DNA of 63,285 nucleotides, filler included, from Lenisia limosa (Eukaryota; Protista; Breviatea), in the NCBI GenBank assembly GCA_001655205.1. It is 15 parts of 15 records of this genome, joined end to end, with 100 filler letters (N's around TTAATTAATTAA, not from the genome) between each part and the next. Parts side by side here need not be neighbours in the genome. Positions count along the whole stretch, not along the records: positions 24,487 to 27,524 come from LPNZ01000043.1; positions 27,625 to 29,560 come from LPNZ01006820.1; positions 29,661 to 34,322 come from LPNZ01007185.1; positions 34,423 to 48,891 come from LPNZ01007741.1; 11 more parts are not named here. One strand, given 5' to 3'. The translations under genes and the position numbers were made by a program. Positions 24,913-37,400 of the stretch are shown piece after piece; the first letter of the stretch is position 1, and every line of letters starts with the position of its first letter. Under the pieces are notes generated by a model. It did not search any database. It was not told where the DNA came from and saw only the letters and a list, made by a program, of their open reading frames with translations.

Positions 24913-26832
24913 ATGCTTCCTGTTGTTAAGGTATTCTTTATAATAGTGCTGCAATGCATTGCCTTTGGATTGGTCTCCGCAGAGCCCAAACGTCCAGTTA
25001 TTGCCGAAACTTTCCAATACAATGAGCTAAGGTTCGTTTCAGGGCTGTTTCAGGTGTTCTATCCATATCTAAGGTGCAGAGTGGTGCAAAAGGAAAGGGG
25101 GGACGTTTCGGATATCCCATCAAATTGATGTTATTATGTTCTCCTCTACTGCTACTCTATCCTCTTCTTCTGGTTGCCAGATAACTAATAATTTTTTAAA
25201 ATTATTTATTTATTTATATCCAAGAAGGTAATATATTAATATATTACCTCCTTGATCCAACTATCCAACAAATTTGTTGGATGTTGGATGTTGATATCTG
25301 AACCACACAAGAAGGAAGGTGTATTTGATTGATGTGTTGGTTCTGTGCTAGGGGTAAAAATATTAACAATTAAACAAGTATTGGTTGGTGTCACAATGAA
25401 AATAAAAGTATTATTTGAAGAAAGTTGTATGTTGATTGATTGGTTCAGGGGAAGCTTGCTGAGTAAATGTTAGGTGACCGTTTTGTTATGATATTGGTAG
25501 AAATTTAATACAAATGTAGTGCCCAATTATCCAATCAATACTGTTGTGGTCAAATTTTTCAAAATATCTCAATTCAACTCAATTCCAGAGAGTGCAACGG
25601 AAAGTCAATGTTCAACTATACTTGGTACATGGACATCCCAGCCAAAAAAGGTAAATGGTAACAGGTGTTTTGACAGATCAATGAAGCAAGATAGCACGTT
25701 TCATTTCCTTCTTCCCGAGGAGGCTTCTTCCTTATCGAAATCAGGAAATGTGGTCTCGGTTGCGCCCATTGTCGGAGGGATCCAGAAGTACTTTTCGTTG
25801 AACCGCTATGACATTTCCTTTGTAAGCAGTGGGTATGGCGTTTTTTTTTTGTTGTTGTTTTTTTCTCATGATCTAGACTCAGCATAACCTGTTCCACTAC
25901 TTTGATGATGAAGTCGAGCCCTGTCAGGGAATGTCGAACTATGTGCCTCCGGTTGCCAGATGGTTGGTCATAGCATGTAGTACAAAAAAAACAGGTTCAT
26001 TGAAGGCTTCAACAGGGGGCTGTTAAAGAAATATAGTTGGGGAAACTCCCTGGCATCCTCTTGCCAAAGCTTCGGAAGGTTTTATAAATATATACACATA
26101 TATATACACATAGACATGTATATATGATATATGTATCTATTCTTGAAAATAACATAGCTTTAGTTGGATTAACAGGCTTGTCTCCCCAGATATACCTCTT
26201 CAACAGCCCCCTAGCTTCAGCACAATAAAACCTTTATTAGATCTCTTCATGATAACCCATTGATTTTGGATTTAATACACCAATATGGGATGTTTTTGAG
26301 AATGCCAAGGATTCTTTTGATTCAACTTTGACAGGACTTATACTTTGGAAGATGCGAAACTTGAATACAAAGGTTCGTTGATTTTTATCATTTTGTGTGC
26401 ATCTCTCTTTTCCTTTTGCTTGATTTTATTTCTTCAATTTGGAAAGGAACTCTACTTTACTCATGCCTTGTAGGAACGGATGACTATAAGGGCCATGCAG
26501 TTGACAAATGGTACAGTGCATCATGGAAGACCGAGCTTGGTACCAAGATTGGAGGTTGGCAGCTGCGAACATGGTGCTTTTTTCTGCTTAGCTGGCTTTG
26601 TTTTATTTTACAGACCCGAGTACCCCAGTGTACTTTGCCGAATTCAATGGTGCTACATGCTACTATACCGTTTTGGATTGGACTGCTGGAGAAGTGGACA
26701 GTAAGGTGCGCAGGGTTTCAATTATCAACGGAAATTGTTATCAAATATGTTGATCATATGACCAACTTTCAAGTCGAAGTGATGAACGAAGATAACACGA
26801 GTACCAGAATGTCATTGAGTCTTGTTAGTTAA
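24913..26832 (+). CDS. predicted secreted protein (possible ependymin-related/LolA-fold)
   Basis: Signal-peptide-like start MLPVVKVFFIIVLQCIAFGLVSA followed by EPKRPVIAETF. Later exon GTDDYKGHAVDKWY. The family guess is weak. Confidence 0.5.
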
Positions 26833-27184
26833 TTATGAGGGTCTTATTATATCACTGCGTGGAAAATGATAGTTCACAAATGAGACACAGACGCGTTTAA
26901 CTTTCTGATTTTAATACTTTTCAGATGTTTGAAATTCCGGACCAGTGCCATGGAGCCTAGAGTTTTCAACTTATTTAATTAATGTTTTGTTTTTAAAGGA
27001 GGTGGTGAGTCATTGAGAGCGAAACAACTAAATCGTTGATTTGTGTACAAGTAGAAAGATAAATAACAAGAAAGAAAAAAAACCATAATCTTAAAATGCC
27101 AAAACATTGATGTTGATAAACCAACAAAACACAAGAAAGCATAATGCGTCACTAAATGACCTAAATAAAGAGCCTTTGGAATCA

Positions 27185-27510
27185 TTGAGCGGCAGTCTCA
27201 CATCAGCTTCCGTAGTCTGTCAATGGCTTCTGAATTATCGCGTTTTTGGGACTGAGGGGGATAATGAAGGAAACTTATATCATGAGTGTCATAGAGAAGG
27301 TACTAATCACGAACCCAGATAAATGAGTACAACAGAAGTTCAATAACAATTGAAGATTGATCCAGAATACCCCTTTGGCAAAAATCCTAAAATGCATCTG
27401 TAGAAAAAATTGATCAACCTCACCTTAAGACTGCACTTCTTGGAACACGCTCGAGCCCAGATCGGCACTACACTGGCCGTGCATTCAGGCCCCATGTTAG
27501 TCACCATCTA
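27185..27510 (-). CDS. 3' exons of an unidentified gene (5' end lost at spacer)
   Basis: AG/GT-bounded exons MVTNMGPECTASVVPIWARACSKKCSLK and SQKRDNSEAIDRLRKLM*. Confidence 0.3.
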
Positions 27511-28454
27511 GGGGGGGGGGGGGGNNNNNNNNNNNNNNNNNNNNNNNNNNNNNNNNNNNNNNNNNNNNTTAATTAATTAANNNNNNNNNNNNNNNNNNNN
27601 NNNNNNNNNNNNNNNNNNNNNNNNTTCACCTCTCTTGGCTCACGGGCAAACACGCACCCCAACCCGTCCCTACTCCAGGAAGACGGCTCCTACCTTCCGG
27701 CCTGGACTCTAGTGGACCCTGACCTAGAAAGGGCAGGTCGAATGAAGAAATTATAGCATGTTTTTCGAGGTGTTTTCTTGTTTCTTCCTTTCTTGTTTTC
27801 GTTTAATTAAGCTGATTTTACTGTGTTTTTACGTCGTACTAAACCACTAAACCAGAAAAAAACTGAAAAAATCAACTCTTTTTTGTGGGTTAGCTGGATG
27901 CACAGCTAGCTATAGCTTACACCAACCACTAAAACACTAAACAAGAAAATTGATTGATAAATTGCAAATAAATTGATATTAAAACAACAAAACAACAAAC
28001 CTTAGCACCTTAGCAAAACCTTAGAATTTAAATAATAACAGAGTGTAAGCAAGAATGAGAAGGAGCAAAGTGAAGCCATGAGAGATCTCAAAGATCAGGG
28101 ATATATGGAATGAAAAATTTTGCACAAATCTGCCTTTTGCAGCCTTCTTAGCTTGATTAGTATACTTTACTGTTTTAGTAAGTTTTAAAGGGAAGAAAGA
28201 AGCAAAAGGTGGCTTGAGGAGAGTGTTCCCGTACTTCTGTCTCGCAAGAGTGTTGTTTGGCACCTTCCTGACTCGTCTATACGTGCTATTATAGTGGCAA
28301 TTTGTATGTTGGATTTAGGAGTGGTAAATAGGAACAAACTCTTCTACGTGGCATGTGTTATTTTGAGTATGCTAATACGAGGAAAAGACGAATTAACTGT
28401 GCTCTTATAGAGGCTATTAGCAAGAATTATTTCTTCTCTTATATTAGGGTATTA

Positions 28455-29390
28455 GTGGCAAGGTAATCTTTGACAACCAGGTTCATGTGATACCACATGC
28501 CGCACCTCGAGGAAAATGTGACTTCTTTGGTTAGGGGGGGGGGGGGGTTGNNNNNNNNNNNNNNNNNNNNNNNNNNNNNNNNNNNNNNNNNNNNNNNNNN
28601 NNNNNNNNNNNNNNNNNNNNNNNNNNNNNNNNNNNNNNNNNNNNNNNNNNNNNNNNNNNNNNNNNNNNNNNNNNNNNNNNNNNNNNNCTTCATATCATTC
28701 AATGTTTGTCGTTATTGCTTCGCTTCCAACTGGTTGGGGTCAGGGTTGGTAGAGTGGTGGGTGTTGGCTCTGTTTATTTTGTTGTTTTTAATTCTTGTGT
28801 GTTTCCCAATGCTATTGATTTTGGGCTCTTTGTTTCATAAATTTATCAATTTTACTCTGCCCCCCCCCCCTTTCTACCAATTTCAAAAGAGCAGCATTTA
28901 ACCAGCCTAGATAGACGGCCTGTCGCCGCTGGCTTCCGAGGTTGTGAATCAGCTGGAGAGAGCGGCNNNNNNNNNNNNNNNNNNNNNNNNNNNNNNNNNN
29001 NNNNNNNNNNNNNNNNNNNNNNNNNNNNNNNNNNNNNNNNNNNNNNNNNNNNNNNNNNNNNNNNNNNNNNNNNNNNNNNNNNNNNNNNNNNNNNNNNNNN
29101 NNNAATAGAAATTTTACTCTTTATGACGAGTCTTCATCTTTATGATCCAAGTTTCAATAATTGAACCTTTAACTTTTTTTTTTGGTTTAAAAAGACATGT
29201 ATTGAATTAACTAATTGGAAAGGGGGTGGGAAACAGTCTGTATAGAAAACAAAGAGGAGACAAAGAAAAAGAAAGTTGACAATAACCCTAAAAAAAACAA
29301 TAAAACACTTAACTTTTTAGATTCCAATGCGCGGCTTGGCCTGATCGAGGAGATCTTAAGTCTTCTTATGGATGACTGCGAGGTTGATGG
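28455..29390 (+). CDS. hypothetical protein exons
   Basis: Exons VHVIPHAAPRGKCDFF, IDGLSPLASEVVNQLERA and DSNARLGLIEEILSLLMDDCE, interrupted by gaps. Confidence 0.4.
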
Positions 29391-29419
29391 TGGGGGTGGC
29401 TAGGAAAAACCTGGTGAAT

Positions 29420-29470
29420 TTTTGTTATTTATCGAGAATTTCAGTCTTTTTGGTACCTTATAGAAATCAA
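29420..29470. mobile_element. family B MITE, partial (GGTACC arm type)
   Basis: ATTTATCGAGAATTTCAGTCTTTTTGGTACCTT. Confidence 0.65.
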
Positions 29471-29949
29471 AGCTTGACTAACAATTCCTTTTATTATTAT
29501 TATTTTGGAGTTTTATTATTCTCTTCGTTATTAGTACCTTTACACCAATATTCCTTGTCGNNNNNNNNNNNNNNNNNNNNNNNNNNNNNNNNNNNNNNNN
29601 NNNNTTAATTAATTAANNNNNNNNNNNNNNNNNNNNNNNNNNNNNNNNNNNNNNNNNNNNAGTCTATTTTCTTAAAACACCTCACCCCTCCCCCCAAAAA
29701 AAAATAAAATAAAAAAATACACACATAACAACAACATCAAAAAAAGACGTATAACAATTATTGATCCATTTTGGAATCAAAGCTGTTAGCATTTAACGTT
29801 CATTTGACTGTTCAGGGAGGGTGAACTCGGATCTGAGTTGAGCCAGGTTTGGGGAGAGGCAAATATCTGCCACGAAGTTGCTTAAAAACAAAAAACAAAT
29901 CCGGGTAACAATATTTTGTTTTATTGTACGTGTTTCTGAGTTTTTATCA

Positions 29950-32250
29950 GGTAATTACCAAATTAGGAAGCCACTTTAGATGCATTCAACGTAGTTTATC
30001 ACGGCAAGAAGTCTGTGAAAAAGTTCCTTCCAGCGCCACCGTCACAAATTCCCAAGACAGCACCTGGTAAGTTGTAGGGCATTGTCGCTTCTTTCATTTT
30101 CACGATAGATACTTATCCTTACTTTTTCAATATCCTTTGTATTTCTCATTTATTTATCGCCACCTTTTGATTCGAAAAAGTCCCTAATTTTTTGCAGTTG
30201 CTCCGGGGCATGGTTCACTATCTTCCACCGATATCGAGAAATTGAAAAACCAAACTGTGAGTGATATATAATATATGATATATTATGTGTGGACGATCTC
30301 AACTCAGTATCCCTCTGTTTCATTTCATTTCCATTTTTTTTGACGGTATTCCACAGGTCACGACCGTAAGTAAACCAAGTGGAGTTACAAAGAAGAGAAT
30401 TGCTCCTACACTCCTCTCAGGTTAGTATGGAATACAATTACACTTTTGTTCGCTCTTGTTATGTTTCTGTGGACTCTCTAAAAGTAATTCATTGTTTTCA
30501 TTGTTATTGGGGGGTGGGGTAATGCTCAGATCGTGTGTTTAAAATAATGTAGCCGTGTTGCGTCCCTCACGGCCACTTCTAATCATGCAATATGATCTTT
30601 TAATAATCCTCTAAAAATAATACAGTGACCGGGATAAGTCTTGACCTATTTTCAACAGGAAACCACATAGCAAATCGGTCAAGTCTTATCCTGGTCTCTC
30701 TCTAAGTGATATTTAGAAAAAAAACCCAAAAGAACTACACTGACACTATTCCTCTTTTGGTGTTATTAGTATTGAGTGGCATATTATTGAAACACAGCCA
30801 AAAACAAACCTTAAGACGGAGAAGCAATGTGCACGAGGCATTGGTCTATCATCTTTTGTTCGAATACAAAAACCCAAAACAGCAAGGTTCTATTCTGATG
30901 AGACTATTGTCTGTTTTTATTCCTTTTTGATTACGTTCCACTCTGCTAATCGAATCTAATATCTCGTGATGTTTTGGACAGCTTTGACCGATACAACCTT
31001 GTTTTATTTCTCATCTTCACGATTTTACAATAACCTCCTTTAGACCTCTCCGGATCGGAGCCGCCATCAGCTCCGTCCGAGCCTTCCCATCCGCTGCAGC
31101 CCTCCCCACCATCACCATCATCACCACCCGTCGAACCAATTGGATGGCCACCGACCGTCCCCAGTTCCACTAAGCCCGTCGACCCTCCGTCTGCATCCTC
31201 GTGGGTCCCGGGGAGGGGGGCGTAGAGTGACGGGATAAGTCTTGACCGATTTGCTATGTGATATAGTGATCGGGATAAGTCTTGACCGATTTGCTATGTG
31301 ATATAGTGATCGGGATAAGTCTTGACCGATTTGCTATGTGGTATAGTGACCGTGATAAGTCTTGACCGATTTGCTATGTGATATAGTGATCGGGATAAGT
31401 CTTGACCGATTTGCTCTATGATTTCCTTATCCCGGTCACTGTATATCCTAGGGAGGGAGGGGTAAAGGTGGTGTAAGGTGTAAGGTAGTGGCCTCCTCGG
31501 TGGTTTCAGTTCTTTCTCTCCTTCAACTAGGCCTTATTTTCGAACTATTACCTGCTTTACCCGCACAGTCTCCCAGCCTCCAAACCCGATACTGCACCAC
31601 TTCCAGTCAAGAAGAAGAAGAAGAAGCAGGCCGTGACAGAAGGGAAAACCGAAGGGAAGTCGGATAAAACCGGGGCTGCTGAAAGTAACAAAACCAAGGC
31701 TGATGGCTCAGGTGGGCGAGGGGATCGTGATTTCGAATACATCAACATTGTATTCCAATATTATTATTATCATCTTCACCATCACCAACCTTATACATTT
31801 TATCTCCTCCAGAAAAGCCGAAAAAGAAGAGAAAGCGAAAGAAGAAGGACAAGGTGAGTGTATCAGATAACAAGACAATTTGACTGATGTATGCTTTTAA
31901 TCATGCATATTCACGTTCCTTTGATCAATGTATTCCGTATTTATCTGATAATTTAGGATCCCCCCCCCCCCCNNNNNNNNNNNNNNNNNNNNNNNNNNNN
32001 NNNNNNNNNNNNNNNNNNNNNNNNNNNNNNNACGTTTCCCTCACATAAACAGGACCCTCTGGATGACTTCATTGATGACGGTGATCTTGACCCCAAGGTT
32101 AATGTCAAGGCCCTTGTAAGAAGCAATCAAGACTTGCCAGATTTGCAACAGTGGGAGGGGTCTCTTGAAAACACTAAGTTTTGTTTTGGAATTGATCCGA
32201 ACTCAATTGTGGATTTTGGTTGTGTAATGATCAAAATGAAGAAGCAATAA
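29950..32250 (+). CDS. Pro/Lys-rich, probably nuclear protein, partial
   Basis: Exons LDAFNVVYHGKKSVKKFLPAPPSQIPKTAP, GVTKKRIAPTLLS, a Pro-rich exon, PVKKKKKQAVTEGK, EKPKKKRKRKKKDK and DPLDDFIDDGDLDPK. Confidence 0.55.
30623..30700. mobile_element. family C MITE
   Basis: TA|CAGTGACCGGGATAAGTCTTGACC...CACATAGCAAATCGGTCAAGTCTTATCCTGGTCTCTC. Confidence 0.85.
30954..31020 (+). repeat. family A interspersed repeat
   Basis: ATCTAATATCTCGTGATGTTTTGGACAGCTTTGACCGATACAACCTTGTTTTATTTCTCATC. Confidence 0.75.
31225..31441. repeat. family C MITE with one arm amplified into 5 tandem 40-bp units
   Basis: ATATAGTGATCGGGATAAGTCTTGACCGATTTGCTATGTG x5, closed by the inverted end CTTATCCCGGTCACTG|TA. Confidence 0.9.
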
Positions 32251-33228
32251 GATTACATGGATACTGGCTGGAATGAATAATTGTTGTCTCTTTGTTTGGA
32301 CCTGTGTCTCTTGTTAATTGCTTTTTTCTCTCTTAATTACAACGTCAGACAAGACGCTTCCCCCTCAAAACAACCGGAGATACGGAAGGTTGTGTATGTG
32401 GGGAGAAAGGGACTGAAATGTTCATCCCGGACTTGAAAAAGGGATAACATGGACTGTAGCGTGGGTTGTTTTCCCTGGCATCAGAGAATGGTACCTTCGT
32501 ACAAAGTATCACATTATTGCACATTCTTGGGTAATTAATGATAAATGTAAATTTGAAACTTAGAATGTGGAAATACAAATTTATATCATATTCACCTTTT
32601 TGGAACACATCATTTAGCAAAACTGGCTTAATTGTCTTCTAAAATATCGGCATTACTCGTTAAATTATTAGTACCTCTGATAAACATGACGGTGAGAGTG
32701 TTTTTTATATTTCTCCCCCCCCCCCCCTCTNNNNNNNNNNNNNNNNNNNNNNNNNNNNNNNNNNNNNNNNNNNNNNNNNNNNNNNNNNNNNCAAACAAAG
32801 TGGGACGGGGAGGGGTCGCAAGGTTTCAAATGGAGGTCCGGTCCGTTCTATTTGTGAATTGAAAAATGTCAGGTCCGGTCCTATGTTGAATATGATTCAC
32901 ACCATTTTGCCTCTTTTTGTCCTTTCTCAAAATCGACTTAAAGAGTCATTACCAGTGCCAAAATGGAATAATTAAATCGCTCCAAGGAAGGTTTACTTCT
33001 TCAATAATGAATATGCTATCCGACACAACATTTCCATTAACCCTATTCTTACAAATAACATAATATTATCTAGTCTGAGGGGTGGGGTGGGTGATTATTT
33101 ATACATCTGATATGTGCGGGGAGAGGGGTGTAGCTCCCCCTAACCCCACGGAATCCCCAATATTGCACCCCTACAAACATATTATACATTTATCCAGTCA
33201 AATACCGGAGGAAATAATTTTACAGTCG

Positions 33229-34165
33229 GCCCGTTACCTCTTTTTCCTCCGCTCCCTCTCCGTCAATGTGAGGGGAATATGGGGTTTTTTTTTTTATTAT
33301 TATTATTTTATTTTTTATTTTATTTTATTTTTTTATTTTATTTTTAATGAGAGGATATGGATATGAAGGGAGTTGTCTTTTTATGAAGGGAGAGGGGTAA
33401 GATTGTTGGTTTTTTTTTAATAAGAGGGGGCCAGTTTATTGTTTACGACTCATTCNNNNNNNNNNNNNNNNNNNNNNNNNNNNNNNNNNNNNNNNNNNNN
33501 NNNNNNNNNNNNNNNNNNNNNNNNNNNNNNNNNNNNNNNNCATTGTGAGGGTTGGTAAACATGCTCTACCCCAATCGTAAGATGATAGCGAGTATCCAGT
33601 TATAATTAATTGAAGTTTTGGATTTTGAGTGTTGTTGCTTTTTTTTTTTTTACATGTCATAAGAATAACAGTTGATTGTTGCTACTGTTGTAAACTTATT
33701 TCAGTTTGGTTCATATTGATTTTGTTTTCACATTTAACTAAAAACTTATTTCATTTTGGTTAATCTTGCTTTGTTGTTAAAATTGATCTCATGCTATCTT
33801 GGATCGTTTTTCATCCGAGCAGGTTCCTGAGGGACACTTGCAAATGCCTCCCTCACCCCTCGACCTTCCCCCGGAAATCATGGCCAAAGCCAACGCAACT
33901 GCCCAACAAAGTTCGCTTTTGGCAGGTTTTTTTTTATTTTTATTGTTTTTTTTTTTATTATTATTTTGNNNNNNNNNNNNNNNNNNNNNNNNNNNNNNNN
34001 NNNNNNNNNNNNNNNNNNNNNNNNNNNNNNNNNNNNNNNNGGTTTCTTTATTGTTTTCATTTTAACCCCTTGCTAGACTTGATGGTGGAGATCGTTAATG
34101 AGGGTGGAAAGGCAACTCTGTCACTCGTGGTAGGAGGGGACCCTGTTTCTTCAGTTAAGCACGTA
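33229..34165 (+). CDS. hypothetical protein exons
   Basis: cag/gt-bounded exons, including DRFSSEQVPEGHLQMPPSPLDLPPEIMAKANATAQQSSLLA and DLMVEIVNEGGKATLSLVVGGDPVSSVKH. Confidence 0.4.
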
Positions 34166-34169
34166 TGAT

Positions 34170-34250
34170 TAGGGATTCACTTTGGTTATTAAAAAGACTG
34201 AATTTCTCGATAAATCTTCGATAAATATTGATGATATTTTACCTCTTTTT
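34170..34250. mobile_element. family B MITE, degenerate
   Basis: TAGGGATTCACTTTGGTT..AAAAAGACTGAATTTCTCGATAAATCTTCGATAAATATTG. Confidence 0.75.
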
Positions 34251-34444
34251 CGTTTCCTTTCAGCACTCTCTTTATATTTTCACCCTCTAGGATGGCTGCA
34301 CCACACAATTTTATATCACTTANNNNNNNNNNNNNNNNNNNNNNNNNNNNNNNNNNNNNNNNNNNNTTAATTAATTAANNNNNNNNNNNNNNNNNNNNNN
34401 NNNNNNNNNNNNNNNNNNNNNNGGTGCTTCACCCCCCCTCCCCA

Positions 34445-37400
34445 CAGATAATTGCTTCACCAGGGAGTCTTCCACTGCGAATGGTGCGTAATACAACGTC
34501 AAACTCACGGTTGTGGAGGGCCATTTTGAAGCGGGCTTCTGACCGTGTTAATAATAAAAGGTGATGGGACACAACTTTCAAAAAAAAAAAATTCTATCAA
34601 AAAAGTTTCAGGCAGAAGGAGGGGGGGGGNNNNNNNNNNNNNNNNNNNNNNNNNNNNNNNNNNNNNNNNNNNNNNNNNNNNNNNNNNNNNNNNNNNNNNN
34701 NNNNNNNNNNNNNNNNNNNNNNACTTTCCTTCACGGTTGAGCGCCACGATCTGGGCATCAGAAAAAAAAGGTGGAACATAAGCAAAGAAAATGAAAAGCG
34801 GAGAGAAGCCTTGAGTAAGCAAGGCGAAGACCCACTCTAACGCCGTCGCGCGAGGCGGTTTGCAGATAGACCACAGCCGGGATAGCACGAATGACACTGT
34901 GGTCCCCGTTCGGCAGGAGGTATTTGATGTGGGACAGCGTGCTGTAGATAAACATTCCACTCTGAAGGGGGTGATGATTGAAAGGTATAGTGAAAGAGTA
35001 GCATTAAATAGGTTTTAAAAGACAATGGAACTGGTAATACGCCCCCCACATGGTCCCAGCATCCAGACTTGACGGAAGTGGTCTCATGCACGGTGGCAAT
35101 GTGTTCCATCTTAGAGTTGGCGAGTATGACACCTGAACAGTAAGCACCAGAATGACCCCATTGAAAGTGCTCCCCCCCCTCACTGTGTTTCGACATGATT
35201 GCAAGGGCGGAGAAGTCGGCTTTCCAGCAAACGTACTTGGCATCAGGAGAACTAATGGAGGCGATGGACTGAAGCATTAGTATTATTCCTAGACTATTGC
35301 TGTTAATTAGTATTATTCCTGGACTATTGCAGCTAGCAAGGGTGAACTCTGAACGCACTTTGTTTTGTTGAACGTCGTAGAGAACGAGGCTATCATCAGT
35401 CTTCAGTAAGACCTTTCCTGCTGCGTCAGAAAGGCTCTCCATCAAATAGCAAATCCCAATCCGCACCCCTGCTCACCAACAGGGCCCGGGTACATGCGGG
35501 TGGCCGAGATGGTGATTGCGGTTTCCTTGGTGGGTCTCTGGACCAAGTCCTTGGCAAAGGTCTTGAGCTGGGTGGTCAGAGGGGAAGAGAAAAATAGTTA
35601 GGATGCCTCCCTCCAACATAGGCAGCACCGTCATCATCGACATCAAAGAGTAGGGCCTTGTTACGCGAAATAAAGGCCACATCATCACAGGTCGAGTCAG
35701 AGCCGATCCTAAGCGGTTAAAAGAGAAAAGAAAAAATAAAATACTAATGCATACAATCATTTGGCAAGCTAAGGACACAACATGCCCACCACTGCTTCCT
35801 TTCTTCGTAATACGTCTCGACCACGGTGCGGTCTCCCTTGTTGGAGCGGTAAAGCACAAGGAAGCACTTGTCCGAATGGTTGTAGAAGAGGGAGTACACG
35901 GTCATACGTGACGTGCCTGGGGCCTTGCGCAGCGAAAACAGCGTATCTTTTCCGTAAATCCGGCAGAAAACAAAAAAAAAACAGGAATAATATGACCACT
36001 AAGGATAATGATTCAACTCCCCCACCGTAGCTGTTGCTGGGGATGTCATAGCTGATAACGGAGCGCTTGTTGATAAAGTAGACCTTGTTCTGTGGAGGGG
36101 GTAAGGCGATATTCCAAGGATGAAGATGATGCTATTCAGCTGTAAACAAATGAGTAGCCCGCTTGCCCAACCCACGCCGTGAGTGCAAGACGCGGGCCTT
36201 TCACGTGCCAACTTGAAGATGTGCATTCCGTGTTCATGACCAGCAGCGAACAAGTTCAGCTGAGAGGTGAGAGGAACGGAGGGTTGAAGCACCAACCTTG
36301 GGGTGAGCTGCAAGTGTCCAATAGCGTTCGCCATTCTCACGACGGTTGATGAGAATGGGGTTGCGTGAAGTCCGATCCCACACTCTGAGACTGCGGTCTT
36401 CACTGTAGGGGTGAGAACCGTGTTGCAAGAACGGTGGTGCTAACCTGTTGGAGAGAACATGATCGGAGTTGGGGTGGAAGAGCGCACAGCTGACGTTGTT
36501 GGTGTGGCCGCGGAGAGTGTCAATTTCCCACGCACGGATCTGTTGAATTATGCTTTGTTATTTAAAAATCATCAATTTAAATTACACAGTACTCATCCCT
36601 CTCCATCAAAGTACTTGGGATAAAGCGAAAGGATCAAAACACACACGTGCTCACAGCAGTCATTCTCCAGAGTTTGACGACCTTGTCGTCACCACAGGAA
36701 ATGATAAGAGGAAGAGTAGGGTGGAAAGTAGCCCAATTGACTCCACGATCGTGGCCCTCAAGAACAAAGATAACCTNNNNNNNNNNNNNNNNNNNNNNNN
36801 NNNNNNNNNNNNNNNNNNNNNNNNNNNNNNNNNNNNNNNNNNNNNNNNNNNNNNNNNNNNNNNNNNNNNNNNNNNNNNNNNNNNNNNNNNNNNNNNNNNN
36901 NNNNNNNNNNNNNNNNNNNNNNNNNNNNNNNNNNNNNNNNNNNNNNNNNNNNNNNNNNNNNNNNNNNNNNNNNNNNNNNNNNNNNNNNNNNNNNNNNNNN
37001 NNNNNNTGTGAAGTTCCAGACGCGGATGGTCTGATCAAGAGAAGCTGAGACAATAAGGTCCTCCTGAGGGTGGAATCTGGGGAAGTAAGTAACATGCTAC
37101 GTTCTTCAGGAAGGATGACCGCTGAAAGGAAAAGAAAAATCCCTTCCCACTGCTATATCATCACTACGTATCCCCAAACCTTGCACTCATCACAAAATGA
37201 TTGTGTCCTGTCAGAAGAGCCATGCAATTGCGACTTTGCCAGTTCCAAATTCTTGGTCGTAAATAAGAGAATATAGTTGCGTATATAAAAGAACGTTTTT
37301 TAAAAAAAATGACGGAAAAAACTTTGGCAATACAACGCAGCGCCTCGCAGAAAAATAAGATTTCTTTCAAAGATCAACTCAGCAAAGGTACTACTATTTG

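Noticed and set aside
28320-28520. GRF zinc-finger-like NRNKLFY...RGKCDFF
   Set aside because: The required Cys after FY and the upstream CxC could not be placed in a consistent spliced frame.
31223-31443. 40-bp repeat array resembling a CRISPR array
   Set aside because: Units are head-to-tail with no unique spacers, derive from a MITE terminus, and lie in a eukaryotic intron with no cas genes.
33791-34165. Continuation of COPA beyond the spacer
   Set aside because: The exons there are on the opposite strand and do not match the expected next COPA residues (AYLQKKGYPEVAL-like).
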